DNA of 61,556 nt, the filler included, from Sphacelaria rigidula (Eukaryota), in the NCBI GenBank assembly GCA_964200075.2. It is 9 parts of 9 records of this genome, joined end to end, with 100 filler letters (N's around TTAATTAATTAA, not from the genome) between each part and the next. Parts side by side here need not be neighbours in the genome. Positions count along the whole stretch, not along the records: positions 54,807 to 61,556 come from CAXNAA020018263.1; 8 more parts are not named here. One strand, 5' to 3'. The stretch's first letter is position 1. Each line of letters begins with the position of its first letter. Positions 61,137-61,556 of this stretch are shown here, piece by piece. Position numbers and translations under genes: made by a program. The notes below the pieces were generated by a model. That model was not told the DNA's origin. It did no database searches and saw only the letters and a list, made by a program, of their open reading frames with translations.

Positions 61137-61556
61137 TGTGTGTTGCCCCATCTATTCTGGACGCCGGTCTACACCTTTCGTTGTATGTGGGCGCACGAGC
61201 CGGGGTCACACAGGAGGAGGGGCAACACAAGAGTGTTTTCTTTTATGTTTGTTTCCGTTCTCCACATCGGTCGATAATGTTTGCAATGTGCCTGTACTTT
61301 ACCCACTACATTTTTTGTATATTGCATCTATCGACCATGTATTCTCCGGGCTGTGGATAGTACTCAAACGTTCTACTTGTAACTCTGAGCAGCCCAGACC
61401 GCGATTGAAGAGAGCATTCAAAACCTTGGTTCCATTGTCGCATGTACACACGTACCTGCCGCACGGCCCAGCATGACGCGACAAATTGCACAACTCCCTG
61501 AGAGGGAAGATATATCTTTTCTTTTCCGTTTTTTCTTCCAAGTAGGGGGGGGGGGG

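Overview
This window is not one locus. It is nine unrelated eukaryotic contigs of 6750-6751 bp, joined by identical 100-nt linkers (N44-TTAATTAATTAA-N44), so no synteny can be read across linkers. Short exons, long repeat-filled introns and CCCTAA-type repeats suggest a stramenopile, probably a brown alga (inference). Hand-spliced gene fragments, all on the minus strand, are: a TTLL9-like tubulin glutamylase exon; a 5-exon RRM protein of the Vip1/BPA1 type; a CTF8 last exon; a protein disulfide isomerase (WCGHC); a 7-exon NSDHL-like sterol dehydrogenase; an unknown low-complexity protein; and a RIO kinase with RIOK3-type motifs. The rest is mobile DNA: an intron-containing hAT transposase pseudogene, two fragments of an RTEX-like LINE, a tRNA-derived SINE and many TIR MITEs with 3-, 4-, 7- or 8-bp target-site duplications. 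The most unusual signal is a retroelement system whose 3' end is a C-run rather than poly(A). The LINE reading frame stops about 5 nt before the C-run, and about 15 short copies with several different bodies carry the same ...ATGAGTACRCCCCC terminus. No database searches were run; family names come from motif recognition only.
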